Made by a program: the position numbers and the translations under genes. Under the pieces are notes generated by a model. That model did no database searches. It saw only the letters and a program-made list of their open reading frames with translations, and was not told the origin of the DNA. Shown piece after piece: positions 53,270 to 63,958 of a stretch of 64,000 nt of DNA. Within the stretch, counting starts at the first letter, position 1, and each line of letters opens with the position of its first letter. The DNA comes from an uncultured delta proteobacterium (GTDB lineage Bacteria; Myxococcota_A; Polyangia; Polyangiales; Polyangiaceae), in NCBI GenBank assembly GCA_963716725.1, contig CAVQUB010000032.1, positions 160,001-224,000 of the forward strand, given 5' to 3'.

Positions 53270-54460
53270 CTACTTGCCCATCTTCATGACCGCTGTGTCC
53301 AGCGGACCGTTACCGGTCGAGCCCGCGTTCACCCAGTAGACGGAGGAGGCGTCCAGCGCGATGTCGAGCGGCCGCGGCTGGGCAGTTGCCAGCGTCGCTA
53401 TCTTGCCGGACACCAGGTTCAGTCGCCCGATAGAGCCATCGGCGAACTCCATCTCCTTCGTCCCGGCGCTGGCGAAGTACAGATGGGTGTCGTCGACTGC
53501 CAGCGCGGTCACGTTGATCAGGACGGTCGAGGAGAGCTCCTGCGGCGCAGCCGACGCCTTCAAGCTGCGGTAGAGCTTGCTCGTGATTGGGGACGTCCCG
53601 TTGCTGGTGGCAAAGTAGACGTGAGTCGAAGACAGGGCGAGTCCCCAGGTCTGCATGGTGGCTGCGGTCCAGGGGGCGGCGACCGTCGCCCCCGAACTGA
53701 GCGGCACCTTCGGCAGACGGTAGACCCCGCCGCCGTCGTAGTCGGTGGTCCACACATAGTCTTCATCTACGAGCATGTCTGCCGGGCAGGGCACCGCCAT
53801 ACCGATCTCCGTGGGGGTCACCTGCTTCGGGGCCATCTTCAGGACGGACTTCATCACGCAATCGTCGAAGAACAGCTCTGTCCCATCGGTGACCACCCAA
53901 TACGGGCCGCTCGGGGACACGTCGAAGGTCTTGAAGTTGAACTGATCGAAAGGCCCATGAACGATCTTCATGCCTTCGCTGTCCGCTCCGTAGACCTCTG
54001 CTCCGATGACCGCTAGGCCCTGCGGCGTGCCGGACATGTCTTGCACCGGGATCGCAGAACCGCCGGTCTTCAGCACGCTCCCGATGAATTTCCCCTTGTT
54101 GCTCGAGAAGATCACGCGGTCGGTCGAGAGCGCGAGTCGAGTGATCTGCTGCGTCACCTTGGGCTGCTTGGACGCGTCGACGAGCGCCACCGGCGGGCCA
54201 CCCGCGGAGCCTCCAGCCCCGGAGGAGCCTCCCGTGCTTCCGGTTCCGCCCCCACCGCTCGCGCCTCCTCCACCACTCGCGCCACCGCTCGCCGCGCCTC
54301 CTCCACCGCTCGCGCCTCCTCCACCGCTCGCGCCTCCGCTCGCCGCGCCGCCGGTGCCGGCGGGAATCGTCGAGGTACTCGAGCACCCAGCCAGCAGAGC
54401 AGAGCAGATCAATCCTACGCAGATCGACGGCGCGCGGGCAGCGCTGTGGAGCGGCTTCAT
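53270..54460 (-). CDS. Lipoprotein with Gly-rich linker and beta-propeller (repeated LAVD..xVYW blades)
   Basis: Lipobox LAG-C; blades LVDEDYVWTT, LSSTHVYFA, VDDTHLYFA, LDASSVYWV. Confidence 0.8.
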   Translation of the reverse strand: MKPLHSAARAPSICVGLICSALLAGCSSTSTIPAGTGGAASGGASGGGGASGGGGAASGGASGGGGASGGGGTGSTGGSSGAGGSAGGPPVALVDASKQPKVTQQITRLALSTDRVIFSSNKGKFIGSVLKTGGSAIPVQDMSGTPQGLAVIGAEVYGADSEGMKIVHGPFDQFNFKTFDVSPSGPYWVVTDGTELFFDDCVMKSVLKMAPKQVTPTEIGMAVPCPADMLVDEDYVWTTDYDGGGVYRLPKVPLSSGATVAAPWTAATMQTWGLALSSTHVYFATSNGTSPITSKLYRSLKASAAPQELSSTVLINVTALAVDDTHLYFASAGTKEMEFADGSIGRLNLVSGKIATLATAQPRPLDIALDASSVYWVNAGSTGNGPLDTAVMKMGK

Positions 54461-54531
54461 TGCCGAGTATCGTTCCAGGAAACGGGCTCTCGGTCCAGGC
54501 GGGCAGCGGAAGGTCGGCCGCGCGGGCCCGC

Positions 54532-55725
54532 TCAGCTGACCTTCACCACCAACGCCATGGCGGTATCGCCCGCGGCGCAGCCGCTGAACAGGCCGTAGCC
54601 GCCGCCCGCGGCGACCAGCTCCTCGATCAGCTCGATGGAGAGGCGCATGCCGGTCGGGCCTTGGGGGTGTCCGTAGACCAAGGGCGATCCGAAGTTGTTG
54701 ATCGATTTCAGATCGAGGCCGAACTCTTTGCAGAAGTAGAGATCGTTCACCGCAAACGGGTTGTGCGTCTTGATGGCCTTCAGGTCGCCGATGGCGATGC
54801 CCGCCTTGGCCAGCACGGCGCGAGCGGCCGGCACGACGGCCTTGGGCATGAATCCCTTCTCGACGCGAGCCTCCGCGGCGGCGACGACGCGCACGCGCAC
54901 TTCGGGCTTGGCGGACAGCTCGCGGGCGCGGCCTTCGCTCGTGATCACCAGGCCGGCGTTGCCGTCGGCCGGATGAGTCTGCGATCCGAAGCTGACGCTG
55001 CCGCCCGGCACCACCGGCGCCAGCTTGGCGAGGCCTTCCTGGGTGGTCGGATGGATGCCCTCGTCGGCTTCGACTTTGCCGATCTCCTTCTTGCCGCGCC
55101 GAAGCGTGATCGGCGCCATGTAGCGCCTCTGAAAGGCGCGATCGTCGGCCAGGGCGGCCTGGTACTGCTGGTAGCGAAGCAGCGCGACCTCGTCTTGCTG
55201 CTCTTTGGTGAAGCCGGCTTCCTTGGCCACGTTCTCGGCGGTCTCGATCATGGCGTTCTTCGCCCACGGGTCGCGGTTGAAGGCGTCGAGCACCGCGTTC
55301 TCGGAGGCGCCCGTCCCGCCCGGGGCGGTGGGATCCGGGTAGTAGAGGTGGGGCCCGTTGCTGGTGCGATCGCAGGCCACGGCCAGCACTGCCGCGGCGT
55401 CGCCCAGCTCGACCGCGGCGGCCGCGGAGGCGATGACCCGCGCGCTGGTGGCGCAGGCTTGAGCGAAGGTCGGGCCCGTGGCGTGGCTCGCGCCGATCAG
55501 CGCCGCGAGCCAGGGCGCGCCGTAGAACGACGAGCGTTGGATCACGGTCATGCCGAGCATCACCGAGTCGAAGGCTTTGGCGTCGACCTTCTTGGCCGCG
55601 AGCACTTCGCCGGCGACCTGCGCGGCAAGCTCGAGGGAGTGCGCGTTGGCGAGGGCGCCCTGCCAGCGGCAGAACGGGGTGGACCAATACAGGCCGTAGG
55701 GGATGAAGGTCTTTTCGAAGGGCAT
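54532..55725 (-). CDS. Thiolase family protein (last gene of the catabolic operon)
   Basis: QACATS (nucleophile Cys), ADG.AG, KTHNPFA, GHPQGPTG, GCAAGDTA. Confidence 0.92.
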   Translation of the reverse strand: MPFEKTFIPYGLYWSTPFCRWQGALANAHSLELAAQVAGEVLAAKKVDAKAFDSVMLGMTVIQRSSFYGAPWLAALIGASHATGPTFAQACATSARVIASAAAAVELGDAAAVLAVACDRTSNGPHLYYPDPTAPGGTGASENAVLDAFNRDPWAKNAMIETAENVAKEAGFTKEQQDEVALLRYQQYQAALADDRAFQRRYMAPITLRRGKKEIGKVEADEGIHPTTQEGLAKLAPVVPGGSVSFGSQTHPADGNAGLVITSEGRARELSAKPEVRVRVVAAAEARVEKGFMPKAVVPAARAVLAKAGIAIGDLKAIKTHNPFAVNDLYFCKEFGLDLKSINNFGSPLVYGHPQGPTGMRLSIELIEELVAAGGGYGLFSGCAAGDTAMALVVKVS

Positions 55726-55727
55726 GG

Positions 55728-58146
55728 TCAGGCCTTTGTCTTCGCTTTCTCTTTCAACGCCATCACGATCTTCTCGGGCGTGATGGGCAGATCGCGGATG
55801 CGGACGCCGATGGCGTCGTAGATGGCGTTGGCGATCGCCGGCGCCGTCGGCACGAGGCCAGGCTCACCGACGCCCTTGGCACCGAAGGGACCCGCCGGGT
55901 CGTCGGTCTCGACGAAGACGAGGTCGATCGGGAACGCCATCTCGTGCGCCGTGGGGATCTTGTAGTCGGTGAAGCTCGGGTTCAGGATCGCGCCCTTCGT
56001 GCGTCTTCACCTCCTCGTAGAGCGCGTAGCCGATGCCCTGGGCGAGCCCGCCCTGTACCTGTCCCAGGAGCGTCTGCTGGTTCAGCACGCGGCCCGACGT
56101 CGTGGGCCGAGACCGCCTTCAGGATCTTCACGTCGCCGGTCTCGTCGTCGACCTCGACCTCGACGCCCTGCACGCCGTAGGCGTAGGTCGCGCACATGTT
56201 GCCGACGCCCTTGGCCCAGTCGGGCAGCGCGCTCGGCGGCTCGTAGAACGCCTCTTCGATGATCATCTGCCCGGCCGCCGCGGAAGTGCAGCGCGCGCAG
56301 CAGCCTGCCGAGCTCGATGCGGAGCCACGGCTCGTCGGGGGCGTCCTTCGGGAACAAGAACGCCAGCCTGGAGCTCGAGGTTGTCGGCTCGGGCTGCGGC
56401 GGCAAAGTCGAAGGCCGGCGGCTGATACGACGGGTCCTTCTTCTGGTGCGCAGCGAGGCTCTTCGTCGGCCTCGGCGGCGAAGACTCCTCGGCGCCAGCG
56501 CGAAGATCTTCTTGCGCGCCTTGTCGGCGGCGCGGATGGCGGCGTTGCAGCGCCATGAAGGCGCCGCGGCTGGCGTGGGTGCCCACGTCCCAGGGGCAGG
56601 TCGCGGTGTCGGTCGGGTTGATGATGACCTTGTCGGGCAGCACGCCGAGCGCCTCGGCCACCGCCGAGGGTCAGCGCCGAGTGCAGGCCCTGGCCCATCT
56701 CGACGCCGCCGTAGGAGACGTTGACGTTGCCGAAGTCGTCGAGCTTCAGGATGACGCCGCCGCCGTCGGAGCGGTAGATGCGACCCGAGCCGCCGACGTG
56801 GATCAGCGAGGCCACGCCGACGCCGCGGCGCTTGCTCGCGCTGCTTGCCGCGCTTCTCGGTCCAGTCGAGGCTCTTCTCGGCGAACTCGAGGCACTCGCC
56901 CAGGCCGCAGGTGGTGATCTCGAGCCCCATCGGCGTCGTCTCGCCGGGCTGCGTTGCAGTTGAGCAGCCGCAGCTCGAGCGGGTCGATGCCGGCCTCCTC
57001 CGCCAGCTCGTCGAGGTGCTCTCGATGGCCCAGGTCACCTCGGGGTTGCCGTAGCCGCGCATGGCCTGGCAGTAGGTGTTGTTGGTGTAGACCAGCTGCG
57101 CGTCGAAGCAGACGTTCGGCACCCGGTAGAGCGAGGTGGCCGGGATCAGCATCACGGTCGGGTAGGTCGCGCCCCACGAGGTGTAGGCGCCGTTGTCCTG
57201 CAGCACCTCGACGCGGCGGAAGGTGAGCCGCCCGCTCGGCGTCGCAGCCCTGCACGATGCGGGTCCTCGCGCACTGGCGCGGCGAGAGGTAGGCGAACTC
57301 CTCGCTCGCGGTCGTAGAGGATCTTCACCGGGCGGCCGGTGCGGTGCGCGAGCAGGATGGCGATGTACTCGTAGGCGTGGGTGTCGAGCCCGGTGCCGAA
57401 GCCGCCGCCCAGCGTCGGCACGATCACCCGGGCGTTGCGGCCGCCGAGGCCCATGGCCTCGAGCGCGCGCATGAAGTCCGCTGGGCCAGGAACGGGATCT
57501 GCGTCTTGGCCCAGATGGTCAGGTTGCCGCGCATGTCGAACTCGGCGATGCAGCCCGCGGTGCCCATGCAGGTCTGCTGGATGAGCGGCGTCGAGAACTG
57601 CCCCTCGACGACGTACTTGCGAGGCGCGCTCGCCCCGCGTCGAGGTCGCCCGACTCGTGGTGGACCCGCACGCGGCAGCAGGTTCGTGCTGAGCGGGCCG
57701 GCCGCGCGGCGTCGCGCTCGTGCACCAGCGGCGCGCCCTCCGCCAGGGCCTCCTCGGGGGTGAAGACCGCCGGCAGCGGCTCGTACTCGACGCGGATCAG
57801 CTCGACGGCCTCGGCGGCGATGTCCGGATCGATGGCGGCGACCGCGGCGACCTCGTCGCGGAACTGCCGCACCTTGTCCCTTCTTCAGCGCGAAGTTGTC
57901 GCGCAGGAAGCCGATGCGCATCTCCGGCGTGTTGTAGGCGGTGATGACCGCGCGCACGCCCGGCAGGCGCTCGGCCCGGGAGGTGTCGATGTGCTTGATG
58001 CGCGCGTGGGCGTGCTCGCTGAACTTGATCTTGCCGTAGAGCATGCCCGGCCGGCTGAGGTCGTGGATGTAGAGCGCCCGCCCCGCGGCCTTGTCGGCGG
58101 CGTCGGGGCGCGGCGCGTCGTTGCCGATGTAGCGGAACTCACTCAT
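55728..58146 (-). CDS. Xanthine dehydrogenase-family molybdopterin-binding subunit (frameshifted)
   Basis: [66 protein letters not shown] across frames. Confidence 0.9.
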
Positions 58147-58635
58147 GGTCGGCTCCCTTCTTGGCGCGCCGCGTCGAGGCGGCGTGCTGCACCGAGTCGA
58201 CGATCTGCACGTAGCCCGTGCAGCGGCAGAGGTTGCCGATCAGCGCGTCGCGGATCTCGTCGTCCGTGGGGCTCGGGTTCCGCTCGAGCAGCGCGTGGGC
58301 GCTCATGACCATGCCGGGCGTGCAGAAGCCGCACTGGACTGCCGCCCTTGTCGACGAAGGCCTGCTGCAGCGGCGAGAGCTCGCCGCCGGGTCCGACCAG
58401 GCCCTCGATGGTGGTGACCTTGCGGCCCTCGACCTCGAGGGCGGGAAACAGGCAGGAGATGACCGGGCGGCCGTCGACCAGCACCGTGCAGGCGCCGCAC
58501 TCGCCGTCGCCGCAGCCTTCCTTGGTGCCGGTCAGGCCCAGCGGGCCGCGCAGCACGTCGATCAGCCGCGCGGTGGGGCTCGACCGACAGGCGAGCGGGC
58601 TCGCCGTTGACCTCGAACGAGAGAGTGACGCTCAT
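58143..58635 (-). CDS. Xanthine dehydrogenase-family 2x[2Fe-2S] subunit (frameshifted)
   Basis: [42 protein letters not shown] and NLCRCTGY in shifted frames. Confidence 0.9.
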
Positions 58636-59500
58636 GAGTCTCGCTCCAGTCATCAGCGTGCGGATGGCCCGCTCGACGCAGCGCGCCCGGCCAGGTGTCG
58701 CCGATAGTCGGCGCCCGCGCGCACGTCGCTGATCGGGCGAACGTCGCGCTCGGCGGCCTCGCGCGCTCGCGCAATGGTCGCGTCGTCGAGCGTGTTGCCC
58801 GTCGAGGAGCGGTCTCGGTCTCGCGTGAGGCGCATGGGGCAGGGGCCGACCGAGCCGGCGGCGACCCGCGCCTCGGTGCAGCTGCTGCCCGTCGATCTCG
58901 AGCAGAACGGCGACGCTGGCGAGCGCGATGTCCATGCGCACGCGGCCCTTCTTCAGGAAGATCGCGCGCGCGTCTTCGGCGCGGGAGGATCGACGACCAC
59001 GGCCGAGAGCATCTCGCCGGGCGCGAGCACGCTGGCGCGCGGACCGACGAAGAAACTCGTCGAGCGGAAGCTCGCGCGTGCCCTCCGGAGCGACGATTCG
59101 CACGCGCGCCTCGTGCACCAGGAGCGGCGGGGCGAGGTCGGCGCAGGGCGAGGCGTTGCAGAGGTTGCCGCCGACGGTGGCGACGTTGCGGATCTGCACG
59201 CTGCCGAGCGTGGCAGCGGCCGCACCAGGACCGGCAGCGACTCGACCGATGCCCGAGTGAGCCTGCGAGCGTCGGCGACCGCGAGCGCCGGCGCCGATGC
59301 ACGATGGTCGGCCCCATGGCTCGACGCGCGCCAGCTCCGGGATTCGGCGCGAGCGAGATCAGAGCGCTCGGAGCGATCTTGCCCTCGCGGATCCGCACCA
59401 TGACGTCGGTGCCGCCCGCGACGAAGCGCGCTTCGGGATCCGCGGCCGCGAGCTGCCGGGCTTCTTCGAGGGTCGAGGGCCGGTGATACGAGAAAGGCAT
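58632..59500 (-). CDS. Xanthine dehydrogenase-family FAD subunit (frameshifted)
   Basis: YHRPSTLEEA, AGGTD, QIRNVATVGGNLCNASPCAD, PISDVRA.ADYR. Confidence 0.88.
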
Positions 59501-59548
59501 GGCGGGACTCACATCACGAGTTTGGGGTCTGGGTCGGGTTTCCGCATC

Positions 59549-60785
59549 TCACGCGATCACTCCTCGCTCGCGCAAGCGACGGAAACCTCTGCGGACGAGT
59601 ACCGACTTCGTCCAGCACGCCGTCGGTGTGCTCGCCGTACGCGGGTGCGAAGGCAAGCTCGCCGGCGCTGCGCCTCGAGAAAGTCGGTGCGTCACCGCCG
59701 GCGGCGGCAGGCGGACGCTGCGACCGTCGGGGGTCGTGGTCGAGAGCAGGCAGCCCTGCACGAACGTCGCAGGTCCATCACCCCCTCGATGGGCGTGATG
59801 GGAGCGTGGGGGATCTGCGCGGCGCGCGAGCGCGCGCGGCGACCTCGCTCGGCGGGGTGCTTCGCGGTGAGCGGCGCCGATGGCGGCGTGCAGCGCGGTC
59901 TTGTCCGCGGCGCCGGCCCTCGTTGGTGGCGAGCGTCCGGTCGATCGAGTGCCGCGAACAGCGGCTCCTCGGCGACCAGCCGCTGCCACTGCACGTCGCT
60001 GCCGACGGCCATGTAGATGAAGCCGTCGCGCGGTCGGGTAGGCGTTGACCGGGATGAACTGCCGGTGCTCGTTGCCCGAGCGCTGCAGCTCCTCCGGCGG
60101 GCTGCCCATGTCGAGCATGGGCAGGAAGGTGTGCAGCCAGCGAGCGGCGACCTGCGCCATCGAGACGTCGATGCGCTTGCCCGCTGCCGGTCTCGGCGCG
60201 CTCGAGCAGCGCGAGCAGCACCTGCGCGAAGGCCTCGTCGCCGGCCTTCAGGTCGATGAGGGGCGGGCCGCACTGCATCGGCGGCCCGTCGGCGGTCGCC
60301 GGTGAGGTCCATGTAGCCGCACAGCGCCTGGAGCACCGGGTCGTAGCCGGGCACGTTCGGGATGCGCGAGCCCCATGGCCGAGATGCAGCACCAGATCAG
60401 CTCGGTCGCGCGCGCGCGCAGCGTCTCGTAGTCGATGCCCAGGGCCGCGTGGCGCGCGGGCATGGTGTTGGTGCAGAACACGTCGACGTCGAAGCTCGCG
60501 GATCAGGCGGCGCGAGCAGCGCCGCCCGTCGGCGCTCCTTCAGGTTCGAGCGCGATGGCCTCCTTGCCGACGTTGGGCGCGACGAAGTAGCTGTGCCGAT
60601 CCTCGCCGGCGACCGGGCGGCCGATGTAGCGGTTCGGATCGCCCTCGGGTCTGCGGCTCCGGCGTGGGCGTCGGCTCGACGCGGATCACGCGCCAGCCCA
60701 GGTGCACGAAGCGCAGCGTCGCGTACGACATGCTGAGCGCCTGCTCGACGCTCAGGACGACGGGCGACGCGCGCTCGTCCGCCAC
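59549..60785 (-). CDS. Family III (CaiB/BaiF) CoA-transferase (frameshifted)
   Basis: [48 protein letters not shown]...PVNAYPT.DG. Confidence 0.88.
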
Positions 60786-62409
60786 TCAGAACCTCACCGG
60801 CTCCCGGTAGGTCCCGAACACCTGCCTTGAGCGCGCCGCAGACCTCGCCGACCGTGGCGTAGGCCTCCACGGCGTCGATGACCGCGGGCATCACGTTCTG
60901 CGCCGCCCGCGGCGGCCGCGCGCACGCGCCTCGAGGGTCGCGCTCGACGCGCGGCCGCGTCGCGCTCGGCGCGCACCTGCGCCGAGGCGCGCGATCTGCT
61001 TGCTCGGCCTCCTCCTCGCGGTAGGGGTGGAACTCGACCTCGCGGCTCCTCCTCCTCCTCGACGAAGCAGTTGACGCCGACCTTCTTGACCTCGCCGCGC
61101 TGCGACGCGCCGCTCGCGCTCGTAGGCCTGGCGGTTCACCTCGGCCTGCACGCGGCCCTCGGCGACGGCCTGCACGATGCCGCCCTCGCGCGTCGAGCTC
61201 GCTCCATGATCGCGACGATGCGCTGCTCCATCTCGTTGGTCGTGCGTCTCGACGAAGTAGGAGCCGGCCAGCGGGATCGACCGTGTCGCACAGCGCCGAT
61301 CTCGTGCATCAGGATCTGCATCGTGCGCAGCGAGAGCTGCGCCGCCTGCTCGCTGGGGATGGTGTAGGCCTCGTCGTAGGAGCAGAGCGCCATCGTCTGC
61401 GTGCCGCGACGAGCGCGCTGGCCAGGGCGTAGTAGGCGCCGCGCACGATGTTGTTCTCGGGCTGCTCGATGGTGAGGCCGCCGCCGCCGCCGCCGGCGAT
61501 CATGCGCAGCTGCATCGAGCGCGGGTTCTTCGCGCCGTAGCTGCTCCTTGAGGATCTGCGCCCACAGCCGGCGCCCGGCGCGGAACTTCGCGACCTGCTC
61601 CCAGAGGTTGCCGTGGATGTCGAAGTTGAAGGAGAGCCCGCGCGCGAACGTCGTCGACGTCGAGCCCGCGCGCGAGCACGTGGTCGATGTAGGCGCAGGC
61701 GATGGCGAGGCCGTAGGCCATCTCCTGGGCCGGCGTCGCCCCGCGACTCGCGGATGTGGTAGCCGCAGACGCTGACCGGGCTGTACTTCGGCGACGTTCG
61801 CGCGCGCAGAACTCGATGGTGTCGCCGACCAGGCGCACGCGACGGCTCGACCGGGAAGATCCAGGTGCCGCGGCCGACGAACTCCTTGAGGATGTCGTTC
61901 TGGGCCGTGCCGCGCAGCGTCGCGAGGTCGAAGCCGCGCTTTCGCGCCATCGCGAAGTACATGGCCATGATCGGCGACGGCCGCGCCGTTGATCGTGAGC
62001 GAGACGGTGATCTCGTTGAGGTCGATGCCGTCGAAGGCCTCCTCCATGTCGGCGAGCGTGTCGACCGCCATGCCGACGCGCCCGACCTCGCCCTCGGCCA
62101 TGGGATCGTCGGAGTCGAGGCCGCACTGGGTCGGCAGGTCGAAGGCGACGTTGAGCCCGGTCTGGCCGTGCTCGATCAGGTAGAGGAAGCGCTCGTGGGT
62201 CTCGGCGGCCGTGCCGAAGCCCGAGTACTGGCGCATGGTCCAGGGGCGCTTGCGGTACATGAGCGGGTGGATGCCGCGGGTGAAGGGGTACTCGCCCGGC
62301 TCGCCGATCGCCTCGCGCCGCCGCTCGCTCCACGTCCTCCGGGCCGTAGACCGGCTCGACCTCGATGCCCGACTTCCCAGATCGACCGGGGGTCGCTCGT
62401 CGTGCTCAC
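60786..62409 (-). CDS. Coenzyme B12-dependent acyl-CoA mutase, large (substrate-binding) subunit (frameshifted)
   Basis: [72 protein letters not shown]. Confidence 0.92.
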
Positions 62410-62818
62410 CGCTCCACGCGCTCCCGCGAACGCAGCTCGACGATCTCGTCGAGCCGGCGTGCCGGTCGGGAAGACGCCGCCGCGACGCCGAGCTCCTGCA
62501 AGCGCGGCGCGGTCGCGCGTCGGGATGTTGCCGCCCACGACCAGCAGCGCGTCGTCGACGCCGGCGCCGCGCAGCGCCTGCCACCACCTTCTGCGCGAGC
62601 GGCAGGTGCGCGCCCGAGAGGATCGAGAGCCCGACCACGTCGACGTCCTCCTCGCGCGCGGCCGCGCGCGATCGCCTCCGGCGACTGCCGCAGGCCCGTG
62701 TAGATGACCTCCATGCCCGCGTCCATCAGGGCGCGGCAGACGAGCTTGGCGCCGACGTCGTGGCCGTCGAGGCCGGGCTTGGCGATCAGGACGCGGATGG
62801 GCGGGTGCGTCCGGTCAT
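62406..62818 (-). CDS. B12-binding small subunit of the acyl-CoA mutase (frameshifted)
   Basis: [18 protein letters not shown] (DxHxxG), [22 protein letters not shown]. Confidence 0.92.
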
Positions 62819-63955
62819 CGAGCCCCCTCGCGATGTTGACGCGCAGGATCTCGGAGGTGCCGCCGCCGATCAGCGTGAAGCGCACGTCGCGCAGGTAGCG
62901 CTCGACCGGGTACTCCGTCGCGAAGCCGTAGCTCGCCAGGACCCGCGCGGCGCGGTCGCAGACGCGGCAGCGCCGCCTCCGAGGCGAAGAGCTTGGCCAT
63001 GCTCGCCTCGCGTGTCGTTCGGGCAGCCCCTGCTCGCTGCGCCAGGCGGCCCAGTGCGGTCAGCCGGCGCGCGGCCTCGAGGTCCGTGCGCCATCTCGGC
63101 CAGGTGGGCCTGCACCGCCTGGAAGCGCGTCGATGGGCTTGCCGAACTGCTGCGCGCTCGCGCGGCGTAGGCGCAGGGCGTCCTCGTAGGCGGCGCGCGC
63201 CACGCCCAGCGCGAGCGCCGCGGTCATCGACGCGGATCTCGGCGAGGATCTCCCGCAGGTAGCTCGGTGCCCTCGCCGCGGCTCGCCGAGCAGTGCACGT
63301 GGCGGGCGACGTCGTCGAAGAGACCTCGCGAGGTGAGCGACGCGCGGACGCCCATCTTCTCGATGGCGCGGCCGACCTCGAGGCCCGTCGGCGCCCCGCT
63401 CGACCAGGAAGACGCTCGAGCGTCCTTCGTCGCCCGTGCGCGCGAAGACCGTGAAGAAGTCGGCGACCGGCGCCGAGGTGATCCAGGTCTTCGGCCCGTG
63501 ATGCAGCCAGCGCCCGTCCTGCTCCTCGGCGCGCGTGGCGATCGCGAAGCAGGTCGCTGCCCGCGTCCGGCTCGGTCATGCAGATCGTGCCGATCGCCTC
63601 GCCGCGCGAGCGCCGGGCGCGAGCAGCCGCTCGCGCACCTCGCCCGCGGCGAAGCGGTGCACGAAGTACGTGCCCATCAGCGACTGCATGGTGCAGGCGG
63701 CGGCGACCGACGAGGCTGCCCCAGGCCAGCTCCTCGACGGCGAGCAGGTAGCGAGAGCACGTCGGCGCCGCTGCCCTCGGGCTCCGGGTAGCGCATGCCG
63801 AAGAAGCCGAGCTCGCCGGCGCTTGCGCGAAGAGCTCGCGCGGGAACCGCGGGTTCTCGTCGAGCTCGCGCGCGCGCGGCCGGATCTCGCGCTCCGCGAA
63901 GTCGCGGAAGGTCGTCGCGGATCGCCTGCTGCTCGTCGGTCAGGGCGAAGTCCAT
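62815..63955 (-). CDS. Acyl-CoA dehydrogenase (frameshifted)
   Basis: [58 protein letters not shown]. Confidence 0.92.
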
Positions 63956-63958
63956 CGC

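Noticed and set aside
53270..55687. 805-aa ORF as a single protein
   Set aside because: Its first half is an Arg-rich alternative frame over the thiolase. The real gene starts at 54460 with a lipoprotein signal.
58632..59500. Mo enzyme as 4-hydroxybenzoyl-CoA reductase or PaoABC type
   Set aside because: The FAD subunit reads GGNLCNASPCAD with no Cys-rich [4Fe-4S] insertion, which HcrB and PaoB carry at this point.
60786..62818. Mutase as isobutyryl-CoA, 2-hydroxyisobutyryl-CoA or housekeeping methylmalonyl-CoA mutase
   Set aside because: Tyr in RQY and Arg in GRGT argue against ICM and HCM. Loss of the HxQT and HTN motifs argues against ordinary MCM.
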